Source: Thermoproteota archaeon | GTDB lineage: Archaea > Thermoproteota > Thermoprotei > Thermofilales > B9-G17 | Direction of reading: 5' to 3' | Length of the DNA stretch: 64,000 nt | Assembly (NCBI GenBank): GCA_029258885.1 | Contig: JAPDJW010000001.1 | Coordinates: forward strand, 128,001 to 192,000 | Part shown: piece after piece, positions 43,185 to 53,704 of the stretch | Numbering within the stretch: position 1 is the stretch's first letter | Layout of the letters: each line of letters opens with the position of its first letter | Program-made: the position numbers and the translations under genes | Notes under the pieces: generated by a model | Told to the model about the DNA's origin: nothing | The model's database searches: none | Seen by the model: only the letters and a program-made list of their open reading frames with translations

Positions 43185-44162
43185 ATGTCTCATAATATGC
43201 GCGTGAAACAAGCGCTCAATAACGTGGTTAGGGATCTAAAGGGAGAGAAGTTTAAGATAGTTGTAAATACTGATAGGAGAAGTTACTGTTTTAATATAAT
43301 AGCCTATAATGAGGAATATTCGGAAAAAGTGCTTATAGTAAAGTACTTTAAAAACATAGATAGTTGTGATGATTCCGTGGCAAGCGAGCTGATAAAGTTA
43401 GCGTATAGCATCAATGGGGTTCCAGTAGTAATAGGTGAATCTGCAAAAAATGAGAGGTTAATTGACTATGTTATCTACAGAAGGTCAGGAATAATAGCGT
43501 TATCTCCAAAAACTTTCAATGCATTAATAAGTAATGAGAGGGAAATACCACACGTGTACGCCTATAGGGGTGGTTTATATGTTAAGATAAACGGAGAAAA
43601 GCTAAGGAAGGCACGTGAGAAGGCTGGTTTTTCTAGAGGAGAATTAGCCGAGAAAGTTGGGGTTTCACGTAAAACAATTTATAGCTATGAGAATGACGAG
43701 ATGGATGCAACGCTTGATGTAGCGATAAAGCTAGAGGAGGTTTTAAACGAGCCTTTAGTCGAAGTTTTTCATTTAACTGAATGTTTTAAAGTACCATTAG
43801 CAAAAATAGATATGGGTACACAGGTTAGTGATCCATTATTAAATAAGCTAATGTTGATAATGAAGAGCCTTGGTTTCAAGTTTGTTAGGCTTAAAAGAAT
43901 GCCATTTGAAGTAGCCGGAAGAAACGATAGAAATCGTACAAAACTTTTAATAAAAAGCTATAAGAGGAGGAACAGGGATATGAGAGATCTAAGAATATCG
44001 CTAAAGATAGCCGAGGTACTTGGATCAAATATAATTGTGTTAGCTGAAAACCAAAGGGTTAAAAGAGAGCTAGAATTTGAAAAATCACTAGTAATAACGC
44101 CTAATGAGCTAAGGGATATGGAGAAAAATCCTGATTCTTTCATGGACGAGATAGCTCGATGA
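43185..44162 (+). CDS. Conserved archaeal HTH (Cro/C1) transcriptional regulator with PD-(D/E)xK-like flanks
   Basis: GGLYVKING..LRKAREKAGFSRGELAEKVGVSRKTIYSYE. Confidence 0.85.
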   Translation: MSHNMRVKQALNNVVRDLKGEKFKIVVNTDRRSYCFNIIAYNEEYSEKVLIVKYFKNIDSCDDSVASELIKLAYSINGVPVVIGESAKNERLIDYVIYRRSGIIALSPKTFNALISNEREIPHVYAYRGGLYVKINGEKLRKAREKAGFSRGELAEKVGVSRKTIYSYENDEMDATLDVAIKLEEVLNEPLVEVFHLTECFKVPLAKIDMGTQVSDPLLNKLMLIMKSLGFKFVRLKRMPFEVAGRNDRNRTKLLIKSYKRRNRDMRDLRISLKIAEVLGSNIIVLAENQRVKRELEFEKSLVITPNELRDMEKNPDSFMDEIAR

Positions 44163-45370
44163 ATACCTATAGCTTAAAAAGTGTTAGGGAAGGAAGAGCA
44201 AGTATATTTGTAGTTGACATAAAGAGCTTAGGCTTACATCATCCATGTAGATCGCCAGTCTTCTATAACCCAAATATGGAGCTTTCAAGGAACATAGACG
44301 TAGCCGTGTTGCGGGCAATATTAGATAATCTAAACTTTAACTTGAGGAATTTAGTAGACTTAACGGCGGGAACTGGTATACGCGGGATTAGATACGCTTT
44401 AGAAAGTATCCCCTATGAATTGAAAGATTATCTGAAGCTTTTCTTTGTAGATAAGAATAAGTTAGCTTGCTCAATCTTAAGGAGAAACATTGAAAGAAAT
44501 GGTTTATCTAAAATATCTATGGTATTGAACGAGGATTCTAGACTAGCTATTCTAAAGATCAGATATGAACTCAATATACACCCGTGTATAATAGATATCG
44601 ATCCCTTCGGAACGCCTGTGCCCTTCATGGACTGTGCTTTTCTAGCCTTACGTAATGAAGGAATTTTAATGATTACTGCAACGGACATGGCTCCTCTCCA
44701 GGGTATACATCCAAAAGCATGCATCAGAAAGTACTTTTCCAAGCCATTAAAGGTACGATTCTCCAGGGAGATAGCTGTAAGGATACTGCTCGGATATATA
44801 GCGCGCGAAGGAGCAAAATACGGCATTTCAATAGAACCCCTATATACTTACTCTCAAAAACATTTCATCAGAATAATAGTTAGAGTAAAACATGGAATTA
44901 AATTATGTAATAATTTACTGGATAAAAGCATTGGCTATCTATACTACTGTAGTAAATGCGGGAACAAATTTATGGATAATGCATTATATCCTAATGTTGA
45001 GAGAATATGTAATGTATGTGGCAGTAAACTTAAAGTAGCCGGGCCTCTGTGGACAGATCTTCTATGGAATGTTCAACTAGCAAAAAATGTGCCGAAAAGC
45101 TATAGAGAGCTTAAGCATTTCTTCACGAAATTTGTTAAAGAGGGAGAGAATATAGTAGCTACGATAGCCGATGAAGCGCTAATAAATAGTCCCTTTCATG
45201 CTACAGATGAGCTAGCCAGTATCCATAAGGTTAGAGAGTTCTCCCCCAAAAAAGCGGTAGAGATGCTAAGGGATTCCGGATTTCAAGCATCACTTACGCA
45301 TTTTTCTCCCAAAGGATTTAGAACAAATGCTGGAATAAATAATATAATTCGCATTATTCGAAGTCTCTAA
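44159..45370 (+). CDS. trm1: tRNA (guanine26-N2)-dimethyltransferase Trm1
   Basis: VFYNPNMELSR, AGTGIRGIRY, DIDPFGTP, ITATD, AGPLW. Confidence 0.95.
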   Translation: MNTYSLKSVREGRASIFVVDIKSLGLHHPCRSPVFYNPNMELSRNIDVAVLRAILDNLNFNLRNLVDLTAGTGIRGIRYALESIPYELKDYLKLFFVDKNKLACSILRRNIERNGLSKISMVLNEDSRLAILKIRYELNIHPCIIDIDPFGTPVPFMDCAFLALRNEGILMITATDMAPLQGIHPKACIRKYFSKPLKVRFSREIAVRILLGYIAREGAKYGISIEPLYTYSQKHFIRIIVRVKHGIKLCNNLLDKSIGYLYYCSKCGNKFMDNALYPNVERICNVCGSKLKVAGPLWTDLLWNVQLAKNVPKSYRELKHFFTKFVKEGENIVATIADEALINSPFHATDELASIHKVREFSPKKAVEMLRDSGFQASLTHFSPKGFRTNAGINNIIRIIRSL

Positions 45371-46418
45371 TTTCATTCCAGTCTATTTTAACAGCTTCAT
45401 TTCTTTTGCTGGATTCAAGGGCTGAAATTACACATTTTAACGCTATATATCCGTCCAATGCCGATACTAAGGGCCTTTTTCTCTGACGTATAGAGTTTAT
45501 AAAATCTTTTACCTCGAGTTTTAAAGGCTCAGAAGCATGCGACGTTAAAAGCCTTCTCTCCATATAATCTGCTGATCTATATGCTGAAAGTATTTCGGAG
45601 TAATCCTCCAAAGACCTATGTTCAGCAACACCTTTCTCGACAGATATTACCTGGAGAATATAGTCTAATCGTATTATCGAATTCCTTGTCTGTATAAACA
45701 GCTCTCTCTTCTTAAGGGTGGAGGATGTTCTCCAGCTAGCCCTAAGATTTGCAGTTATCGTCTCCTCTGCATCATATGAAAATATTGCAAATATTTCAGT
45801 TTCATAGGGGAAACTTTCCGTATACACAGTTAGCGACCATACTCTGCTAGGCAACGCCTTAAGCAAATAGCATACTACATCCACATCGTGGATAAGCAGA
45901 TCATGAGCAACGCCAAGATTATCTGTTTTACCGGGATAAGGTCCAGGTCCTATTCTCTGGGTAGACACATATAGGGGGTTATCCCCTTCTCCCCTTAAGC
46001 TTTCAATATATTTCTTAAGGGCTATGACGGCGGGATTAAATCTCTCGATATGGCCTACGGCTACTATTCGCTCCAGTTTCTCAGTTTCTCTAACTATCTC
46101 CCATGCTTCTTTAATAGAGCTAGCTATAGGCTTTTCTATCAGGAGGTCAACATAGGGTAGCAATTCCATCGAAACCCTATGGTGATAAACCGTAGGAACG
46201 GCAACTACAGCTGCATCTATGCTATTCTTTCTAATAGTAGCTACCGCGTCATCACCGTAGCCATCAGCACCATACTTTAAGGCTATTTCCCGTGCTCTAG
46301 AAATATTCTTATCACACACATAAAACTCATCTATAACTCCCTCTCCCTTAAGCTCGCTAAATACTCTAGCGTAATTCTTGCCCCATCTACCTACGCCTAC
46401 AACACATATTTTCATCAT
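45354..46418 (-). CDS. Gfo/Idh/MocA family oxidoreductase
   Basis: VVGVGRWG, LIEKP, VGHIERFNPA, DLLIHDVD. Confidence 0.92.
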   Translation of the reverse strand: MMKICVVGVGRWGKNYARVFSELKGEGVIDEFYVCDKNISRAREIALKYGADGYGDDAVATIRKNSIDAAVVAVPTVYHHRVSMELLPYVDLLIEKPIASSIKEAWEIVRETEKLERIVAVGHIERFNPAVIALKKYIESLRGEGDNPLYVSTQRIGPGPYPGKTDNLGVAHDLLIHDVDVVCYLLKALPSRVWSLTVYTESFPYETEIFAIFSYDAEETITANLRASWRTSSTLKKRELFIQTRNSIIRLDYILQVISVEKGVAEHRSLEDYSEILSAYRSADYMERRLLTSHASEPLKLEVKDFINSIRQRKRPLVSALDGYIALKCVISALESSKRNEAVKIDWNEIRDFE

Positions 46419-46501
46419 CTATCGCCATATACCAATCGATCTATCACTTTATTATAGTTTCCCAAAAGTATTATTAACCGAAACGAGTTAGACTCTACGT
46501 T

Positions 46502-47053
46502 ATGACGAAACTGCTAATACTTATAACTGGTATGCCGGGCAGTGGAAAGAGCGTAGTAGCAGACGTGTTTAGAAAGAAGGGAGTAAGAATAGTATCAATG
46601 GGAGATATAGTTAGGGATTTATTGAAAAAAGAGCATGAGAAAGGAAGCAGAATATCATTAACTGACTTCTCAGTTAAGCTGAGGGAAAGGCATGGAGAGG
46701 ATATTATCGCCAAGCTGACCTCCAAGGCCATAGAACAGTATCCTGATAAGATAATTGTAGTGGACGGCGTTAGGAGTCTAGTAGAAGTTGAGGTCTTCAG
46801 GGAAAAGTATGATGTAAAGATACTTGCGGTGCACGCCCCACCTCAGGAAAGGTTCAAGAGATTAAGAGAGCGAAAGAGAAGAGACGACCCAAAAACATTT
46901 GAAGAGTTTAAGCATAGGGATTTAAATGAACTTGCATTAGGAGTAGGCAATGTTATTGCTTTAGCCGATATCATGATTGTCAACTACAAGAAAAGCCTAA
47001 CTGAATTTATCCAGGAGATAGAGAATGTATTGAAGGAGGAGGTCGGTATATAG
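46502..47053 (+). CDS. UPF0200 P-loop kinase (archaeal dephospho-CoA kinase-like)
   Basis: TGMPGSGKS, VSMGDIVR, VDGVRS, RGRxDD-like RKRRDD. Confidence 0.85.
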   Translation: MTKLLILITGMPGSGKSVVADVFRKKGVRIVSMGDIVRDLLKKEHEKGSRISLTDFSVKLRERHGEDIIAKLTSKAIEQYPDKIIVVDGVRSLVEVEVFREKYDVKILAVHAPPQERFKRLRERKRRDDPKTFEEFKHRDLNELALGVGNVIALADIMIVNYKKSLTEFIQEIENVLKEEVGI

Positions 47054-47490
47054 TGGAAGTTGAAGTTAGAACTTTCGTGACCGTTACAGAAAGCCTAGAA
47101 AAAGTGAAGAGAGCGGTATTCAACGTTTTTACACCAGATACCGTCAAGTTAGAGGAGATAGATGATACTAGGGCGGAGCTGATATGCTATGGTAGGGGAC
47201 CTGAGTGCCTGAAGAAGCTATACTCCGCGTTAAGGAGGCAAAGAATTCTTGATGCAGCACGAAACTACATTTATAGAGGGGTCGCGGGGGACACTATTGT
47301 ATTCTATTTAAATAAGCAGGCGGCATACGTAGGAGTAGTATCTTTCTGTAGCTTTCCCGACAGGGAGAGCCCTAAAGGAGCAATAACTTTCATTGTTAAG
47401 TCAAGCGATGTAAAGGGTTTTATAAATTGGTTAGCGCCCAGAACTTTTAAGGGAAAGCCTATTAAAGAGTATCCTCCACCCGATCCCTAA
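47053..47490 (+). CDS. UPF0201/DUF54 RNA-binding protein
   Basis: TESLEKVKRAV, RRQRILDAAR, LNKQAAYVG. Confidence 0.88.
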   Translation: MEVEVRTFVTVTESLEKVKRAVFNVFTPDTVKLEEIDDTRAELICYGRGPECLKKLYSALRRQRILDAARNYIYRGVAGDTIVFYLNKQAAYVGVVSFCSFPDRESPKGAITFIVKSSDVKGFINWLAPRTFKGKPIKEYPPPDP

Positions 47491-48401
47491 TCCTCATATC
47501 TCAGTACCTTAATGCTATTATCTATCGCTACAAACGTATTTGGAAACACGGCTTTAGCTTCCATTAAAATTTTTTCATTATCCGTAATCCTAGGGCTAAT
47601 ATGAAACAATGCTAATTCTTTAGAATGCGACTTTAAAGCTACCTCTGCTGCTTGACGAGCTGTTGAATGAAGCGATTCCTCAGCTTCCTCCCTATACTCT
47701 TCTGTAAACGTAGAATCGTGTATTAGTAGCGTTGAACCGTAGGCTAGTTTAACTATCTCGCTACAAGGAGCGGTATCACCCGTATATGTTACTTTAAGCC
47801 CTTTTCTAGGCGGACCTAAGACATCCTCGGGATAGACGCGCCTACCATTTGGCAAGTCCACGTAATATCCTATTTGCAGTTTCTTCCACAAGGGTCCTTT
47901 CGGAATTCCTAAAGCTAAAGCCTTTTCTACATTAAATCGTCCTGGTCTATCCTTTTCTACAAGGGAATAAGCTAGTGTAGGCACGGAGTGCTTGGCCCAT
48001 GTGCATATAACATAGTATTCTCTCTTCTCAAATATGCATCCTGGAGTAACCTCCTTTACAACAACTTCATACTGTAAGTTCGTGTACGTATTTTCAAGTA
48101 TCGATTCGATGAAGCTTTTAATGGGCTTTGGTCCATATATTTCGATCGGAAGGCTTCTACCTAGAAGGGAGAAAGTGGATAATAGTCCAGGTAGCCCGAA
48201 GACATGGTCTCCATGCAGATGTGTTATAAATACATATGTGGGCTTATTAACACCAATATGATTAAGTAGGAACCTCTTCTGCATGCATTCTCCACAGTCA
48301 AATATGAAGATTTCACCTTTTCTCCTTATTACGATAGAGGGTAGATTCCTATCTCTTGATGGCACGCTGCCTCCAGTACCTAGGAAAAATATTTCCATCA
48401 T
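47487..48401 (-). CDS. rnz: Ribonuclease Z
   Basis: FLGTGG, THLHGDH, exosite GIPKGP, YTGDT, HDSTF, HST, LFHIS. Confidence 0.96.
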   Translation of the reverse strand: MMEIFFLGTGGSVPSRDRNLPSIVIRRKGEIFIFDCGECMQKRFLLNHIGVNKPTYVFITHLHGDHVFGLPGLLSTFSLLGRSLPIEIYGPKPIKSFIESILENTYTNLQYEVVVKEVTPGCIFEKREYYVICTWAKHSVPTLAYSLVEKDRPGRFNVEKALALGIPKGPLWKKLQIGYYVDLPNGRRVYPEDVLGPPRKGLKVTYTGDTAPCSEIVKLAYGSTLLIHDSTFTEEYREEAEESLHSTARQAAEVALKSHSKELALFHISPRITDNEKILMEAKAVFPNTFVAIDNSIKVLRYED

Positions 48402-49435
48402 ACTTCTGCCACCACTATCTTCCGGGTCAGTGACCTATGGACTCGTATTAGGTGTTTTTCCAATATTTTTAAATTGTTTCTAGCAATTATTTGCTCTATA
48501 TTAATTCTACTATCCACCATAATAACTGCTCTGCCTCCTTTACGTAGGGCTCTAGCAATTCTTGCTACGAATTTCTCCATAAGTTTATCTAGATCTTTTC
48601 CTTTGGTAGTCGATAATCTTCCATATGGAGTATCAGTAACTATATAATCTATGCTTTTCTCCCTAAATACAAGCTTTTCTGAGTCACTAACAATTAGATT
48701 AGATGAACTCCATATGTTAAAATGCTTTAAATTAAGCTTGGCACCATGTGCCATCTCGCTTAAAACATCACATCCCACTACATGATAGCCTAAAAGTGCG
48801 GCTTCTATCAGAATTCCGCCAGCACCACAAAATGGGTCCACTATAATGCTTCCTCTACGGGCTCTGGATAGATTGACAAGGGCTTTCGCTAATACTGGAT
48901 GAAGGGTGCTGGGATGAAAGAAGGGTCTTTTAGAAGGTCTTCTCTTCTCAAAAATTCTTCTCCTTATTCTGAAACTCTCTACTCCTAGTACACTAGCTTC
49001 AGGGGATATGATAACGTTAAAGCGGATATCCGGCTTTTCCAAGTCTACATGTAAATTCGTTTTCTTTACGATTATAGCGCCTATTTTTCTTTCAATGGAG
49101 ACGCTATTCACTGGTATTTCCTTGCCTCCAAGCTTATCAACTCTTACGCAGAACGTTTTATCCGAAGGAAGATCTTCCAGAATAAATTTTTTCCTTAAAT
49201 CGTCTATGAGAGTGTTTATATTGTTTGCATAATGTAGTACGTATCCTCCATATTTAACGTATGCAGAACGCTTTTTTACGCTCTCTAGGGTCCTTGGCTC
49301 GCTTTTTAATACAAGCAGTCCCGGATAATTGAGAGTTATCTCATAGCTGCAACCTTCACTTTCGAGGATAGCAAGTACTTCAGATATGGGCAAGGTTCTA
49401 TGTTCCATCGATAGCCTGAAAAATAGTTTTTTCAT
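48398..49435 (-). CDS. THUMP-domain tRNA (guanine10-N2)-methyltransferase (Trm11/TrmG10)
   Basis: RPFFHP, DPFCGAGG, TDTPYG; THUMP region. Confidence 0.9.
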   Translation of the reverse strand: MKKLFFRLSMEHRTLPISEVLAILESEGCSYEITLNYPGLLVLKSEPRTLESVKKRSAYVKYGGYVLHYANNINTLIDDLRKKFILEDLPSDKTFCVRVDKLGGKEIPVNSVSIERKIGAIIVKKTNLHVDLEKPDIRFNVIISPEASVLGVESFRIRRRIFEKRRPSKRPFFHPSTLHPVLAKALVNLSRARRGSIIVDPFCGAGGILIEAALLGYHVVGCDVLSEMAHGAKLNLKHFNIWSSSNLIVSDSEKLVFREKSIDYIVTDTPYGRLSTTKGKDLDKLMEKFVARIARALRKGGRAVIMVDSRINIEQIIARNNLKILEKHLIRVHRSLTRKIVVAEV

Positions 49436-49464
49436 AAATACACCGGGAGAGTAGTCCTTGAAAT

Positions 49465-50562
49465 CTACGTGAGTATGGTGATTTTTTCTCTCAACGCTAA
49501 AAATCCTGCGACAAGCATTGATATAAGCACTGAGATGAACATCCAGTATATCAAGTATAATATGTTTCCCATACCTAAAATAACTCTAAATATCTCAATT
49601 GTTGCTTCTCTGAATGGTATTATGAAGGATAAAGCTATTAGTGATTTCCAGTCTAGACGCTTGTACTGGATTATATTATCCGCTATTCGCCCCGCTAGTA
49701 TAAAGAGGACACCTAGTATGGTTATGTCCGCTAAGGTAAGTAATCCTCCTATAGAAGTAAGCATAATTTCCGATATTAGTTCTATAATGTTTGTTCTTGA
49801 AAATTTGCCTAAGGAGTAGGTGATAATTGTGCCTGTTAGAATTAGGGTAATTCCAGTAAGCATGGATATGAATGTTATGGGGTATTGCGAGTAGGCTTCC
49901 TTTATTTTTTCATCTAATGCAAATCCCTTATATACGAATGCAAGCCCCAAAAACATGGGAATTATATGCCAGAAATAACTTGAAATACCCAGAACTGATA
50001 AGAAAGCCTGAATAAACATTAAAATGCCCGGAATCCCTAAAGAGTATTTTCGATACTTTGGCTCGGTAAAAAGCTTCTTAAGATAACCTGTCACTAGAAC
50101 AAACGATTCCTCGATCCCCCTAGACTGTTGTACTACAACTCTTCTAACGGAAATTACAGGTAACCTAGATTGAATCAGGGGAATTACTTGTTCGTCTGTG
50201 GGGCCATCGGAAATCAGCACTACAGCTTCGGCAGAAAATTTACCGAGCACTTTATCAAGTTCAGATAGTATTTTCATATCGGCTTCAATTCCTTCTTCCG
50301 GGGTTCCAGCTATAACGGCTATCTCACAATTTTCTGGTCCTACAACTTTTCTAATCCTATCGAATTGCTGTATTGCGGCAAATAAAGCATTTGAATCGGA
50401 GTCCTCAGGTCTTTGAATGGCGAACTTTATAGCTGATTTAAGCACGGCATCACGCCCTACTATAGGGGTTTCAACACGAGTATACTCACCTATATCATCG
50501 TCTCTATCCACACAGAGTATAAGCAATCTCTTGGGTATTTTTCGCTCATTATCTTCGCTCAT
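49465..50562 (-). CDS. DUF373 family membrane protein
   Basis: LILCVDRDDDIG, PEDSDSN, SDGPTDE, VVVQQSRGIE; C-terminal TM helices. Confidence 0.9.
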   Translation of the reverse strand: MSEDNERKIPKRLLILCVDRDDDIGEYTRVETPIVGRDAVLKSAIKFAIQRPEDSDSNALFAAIQQFDRIRKVVGPENCEIAVIAGTPEEGIEADMKILSELDKVLGKFSAEAVVLISDGPTDEQVIPLIQSRLPVISVRRVVVQQSRGIEESFVLVTGYLKKLFTEPKYRKYSLGIPGILMFIQAFLSVLGISSYFWHIIPMFLGLAFVYKGFALDEKIKEAYSQYPITFISMLTGITLILTGTIITYSLGKFSRTNIIELISEIMLTSIGGLLTLADITILGVLFILAGRIADNIIQYKRLDWKSLIALSFIIPFREATIEIFRVILGMGNILYLIYWMFISVLISMLVAGFLALREKITILT

Positions 50563-50648
50563 ACCTTTCCCAAGCCGCAGAATTATAACCGATGACGATT
50601 AGTAAGTTTAATAAATTTACTATTAAAGGTTTTGTTTCTAGATAAATG

Positions 50649-51593
50649 CTATTTTTTCTCGATAAAATCGAATTCCATTAGTAGCTTGAATTCTTCAAGC
50701 GTAAGTTTCTCGCCGCGTTTGTACTTTTCGTATACCTCCTCAGCTTTGCTTCTGAGTTTTCTTTTCCTCTCTTCAACCAACTTAGCCAGTTGTTCCGCCT
50801 TAGCTAGAAATGCTAGTCGACTGATTTCGTCCTTAATATCCTTAATCTTTGTCGCTAGCTCTATGTACTTCTTATGATGTTCATCGGCCTTGCTCTTATG
50901 GTTATTTTTCTCGTTTTCAAGCTCTTCTATCCTCTTCAAAACGTCGTTAAGGATCTCCCTCTTTTCGTTCAGTTTTTCCTTAACATCCTTATAATTGTTG
51001 AACACTTCCTCTATTTTTTCCTTAAGCTCATTAAGTCTCGTGTTAATTTCCTCTATCTTATTCCTAATTTCCTCTAATTCATTTTCCCTGCTTTCTAGCG
51101 TTTCTAATTTAGCTAGTAGGAGTTCAAGCTGATTTATTCTGTCGACATATTGTTGTTCTACTTCGAGTGGCAGCGATCGAGTTTGGTACTCCCACTCTAA
51201 TCTTTCTATTTCCTCCTTTATCAGATCTTTCTGAAGCTTCTTCCTGCGTTTTGCACCGAGTCTTTCACGTATCTTCTTAATCTCAGAAATTATGTTTCTC
51301 CTTCTAGCTATAAGCTCGCTTTTCATCTCTCTAAGTTTTCTCCTTTTCTCCCTAAGTTTACGTAGCTCTTCAAGCAAGGCATTTTTCTTTTCCCTCATCT
51401 CCCTAACTTCTTCTCTTATTTTCTTAGCATTCTGATTCAATTCCTTTAGCTCGGAAACAATTAACCTAACTTTAGTATTGTATTCGTCCCTTAAGCTCCT
51501 TTCTGCATATGCCTGTTCCTGGAGCTTAAGCAGTTCCTGTTTAAGCTTATTTATTGCCTCTACATATCCATTTGGAGCCATCCTCTCACTCAA
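50649..51593 (-). CDS. Archaeal long coiled-coil protein (COG1340-like)
   Basis: Heptad-rich; LEWEYQT and GEKLTLEEFKLL motifs; adjacent to DUF373. Confidence 0.82.
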   Translation of the reverse strand: MSERMAPNGYVEAINKLKQELLKLQEQAYAERSLRDEYNTKVRLIVSELKELNQNAKKIREEVREMREKKNALLEELRKLREKRRKLREMKSELIARRRNIISEIKKIRERLGAKRRKKLQKDLIKEEIERLEWEYQTRSLPLEVEQQYVDRINQLELLLAKLETLESRENELEEIRNKIEEINTRLNELKEKIEEVFNNYKDVKEKLNEKREILNDVLKRIEELENEKNNHKSKADEHHKKYIELATKIKDIKDEISRLAFLAKAEQLAKLVEERKRKLRSKAEEVYEKYKRGEKLTLEEFKLLMEFDFIEKK

Positions 51594-52284
51594 GTATTAT
51601 CCTTGCATCAACAACTTTAGCGCCATGAGAGTAAACAAATATAGGATTTAAATCTATTTGTTCTATCTCCTTAATTTCCCCAACCATTTCCGATACTTTG
51701 GTAATGATATCTACAATTGTGTCGATATCTACTTTCTCATGACCCCTATACCCATAAAGCAGAGGCTTCGCCTTAATTTCGTTAATCATCTCTCTAGCCT
51801 CATTCTCGTTAACCGGCGCTACCCTAAATGAAACATCTTTAATAACTTCTACAAATATCCCGCCTAAACCGAACATTAACACATGGCCGAAGTTGGGATC
51901 CTTTATACACCCAACAATTACCTCTAAACCCTTAGGCGCCTGCTTCTGAATAGTAACTCCTATAATTCTCGCATTAGGCACATATTTCTTAGCATTACTA
52001 ATTACTTTTCTATATGCTTCGATAACTTCTTCTACGGAGGTGATGTTTAGGATAACTCCGCCTACATCACTCTTATGAATAATATCGGGTGATAGTATTT
52101 TCATAACGAGAGGAAAGCCTATTTTCTTTGATATCTCAACCGCTTCATCCAAAGTTTTGGCTACATAAGCTTTAGTCGCAGGTATACCGTATAGTAGACA
52201 CAAGTCTTTGGATTCATTCTCCATCAGAACCTTCCTACCCTCTCTTCTTGCCTTATCAATTATAGTCTTAGCCTCTTTTTTCAT
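51586..52284 (-). CDS. ADP-forming acyl-CoA synthetase beta subunit (ATP-grasp)
   Basis: GFPLVMKILSPDIIHKSDVGGV, FGLGGIFVE, DLNP. Confidence 0.93.
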   Translation of the reverse strand: MKKEAKTIIDKARREGRKVLMENESKDLCLLYGIPATKAYVAKTLDEAVEISKKIGFPLVMKILSPDIIHKSDVGGVILNITSVEEVIEAYRKVISNAKKYVPNARIIGVTIQKQAPKGLEVIVGCIKDPNFGHVLMFGLGGIFVEVIKDVSFRVAPVNENEAREMINEIKAKPLLYGYRGHEKVDIDTIVDIITKVSEMVGEIKEIEQIDLNPIFVYSHGAKVVDARIILE

Positions 52285-52292
52285 GGAGGTCC

Positions 52293-53060
52293 CTAGGGCA
52301 ACACTATGTAATCTTCACCACCTAAATATATTTGTTGCAATACAGTATAGAGTGTGTCGATTCCCGCTCCTGTCTTTGCCGATACAAGCAATACATTGAA
52401 GATGTCTAGATACTCTTTTATTGTCTCATATATATTCGTCGATAGCTCAAGTTTAGTTCCGAATAGTTCCTTTCTTAATTCATCGTGTAACTCCTCCGGG
52501 TTATCAATCCATCCGAGAATTTTTTCGAGATACTTTCCGTTTATGAAGTCGATTTTATTTAGGACGTTTATCATAGGTTTATGAAAGCGATAGAACACGG
52601 ATGCTGATAGAAGTAAGGATGAAACAAACGAACTTGCACGAAGAGCTACAACCGCATCTAATATAAAAATAATGCATGAACGTTTCTCGCTCAGTTGTGA
52701 TATCAGATATTCTCCGATATCTCTAAAGACAAATAGCTCCATTTGACCCGGAGTATCGAAAATTACATAGCCTGAACCTGAGGAGAGTACTTCTTCCCTT
52801 ATTTTCTCGATTTGAGTAGCCATATAATCAACAGATGCTATAATTGCGCCATTAGGTCCTAATCCATATTTCTCCATAAAGAAATCGGCTCTAACCCACT
52901 CCCTTACGTCAACATCGGGTTCGTAGGGGAGTTTCTCTACCGCTGGATCTAAGTTAACCCTAACTACATCTATGTCATGAGCTAACAGCCATTGAGATAG
53001 GCTATGAGTTAAAGTTGACTTACCCGAACCAGCTGGACCGATAATAAAAACATTGAACAA
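52293..53060 (-). CDS. GPN-loop GTPase
   Basis: GPAGSGKS, VNLDP, LGPNG, DTPGQME, NKID. Confidence 0.95.
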   Translation of the reverse strand: MFNVFIIGPAGSGKSTLTHSLSQWLLAHDIDVVRVNLDPAVEKLPYEPDVDVREWVRADFFMEKYGLGPNGAIIASVDYMATQIEKIREEVLSSGSGYVIFDTPGQMELFVFRDIGEYLISQLSEKRSCIIFILDAVVALRASSFVSSLLLSASVFYRFHKPMINVLNKIDFINGKYLEKILGWIDNPEELHDELRKELFGTKLELSTNIYETIKEYLDIFNVLLVSAKTGAGIDTLYTVLQQIYLGGEDYIVLP

Positions 53061-53072
53061 GATAGCCTACCC

Positions 53073-53273
53073 TTACTTTTTCCTTGAAAGCCACCAAGCC
53101 AAATACTCCCGTGCTTTATCCTCCTTTTCCTCCTCATCTCTTCCCTTAAACTTGGAAGATTTAATTCTGCTCCACTCTTCTCGGGTTAATGAAAAACCGC
53201 AATTTTTACACACATACATAGAGCGCCTATGATCATATTTCATTATAGATCCACAGTCAGGGCAAACGGGCAT
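53073..53273 (-). CDS. Small Zn-ribbon protein
   Basis: CPDCG...CKNCG, C-terminal EYLAWWLSRKK. Confidence 0.8.
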   Translation of the reverse strand: MPVCPDCGSIMKYDHRRSMYVCKNCGFSLTREEWSRIKSSKFKGRDEEEKEDKAREYLAWWLSRKK

Positions 53274-53284
53274 GTGTATCCCTT

Positions 53285-53692
53285 TTATTCTTTTTCTTTC
53301 TCTTCGCTTAATAGTTTTCGCTTATCGTAGGCCCGCAGAACCTCTACGGCAAATATCGCATCGTTATGATCTATTTGATCCTGCAGGGATTTGTAGCCAT
53401 TTTTCTCTAACTCTCTTATAACTTCATCTATCTTCTTTCCTCTCCTGATTTCTATTTCTTTTATTAATTTTTCAAACGTTTCTCGTTTAAATTCTCCATA
53501 GTCCTCCTCGCATGGAAGCTTAATACCGAACTTTTTTGAAAGTATGCTCATGATAATGCACGTCTCTGGATCCCGCCTTTCAGGACATACGTATTCACAG
53601 TGAGCTAATGCATACCTAAACAGTTTCTCCAGGTCGCTTAAAAGCGTTGTAATAACTTTGTCGGGCATTAGACTCCCCATCCCTACATCCAA
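53285..53692 (-). CDS. Hypothetical protein with four Cys
   Basis: HCEYVCP..PETC..LPC; tightly packed in the hps-GPN operon. Confidence 0.72.
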   Translation of the reverse strand: MDVGMGSLMPDKVITTLLSDLEKLFRYALAHCEYVCPERRDPETCIIMSILSKKFGIKLPCEEDYGEFKRETFEKLIKEIEIRRGKKIDEVIRELEKNGYKSLQDQIDHNDAIFAVEVLRAYDKRKLLSEEKEKE

Positions 53693-53704
53693 TACAGAAG
53701 ACTA

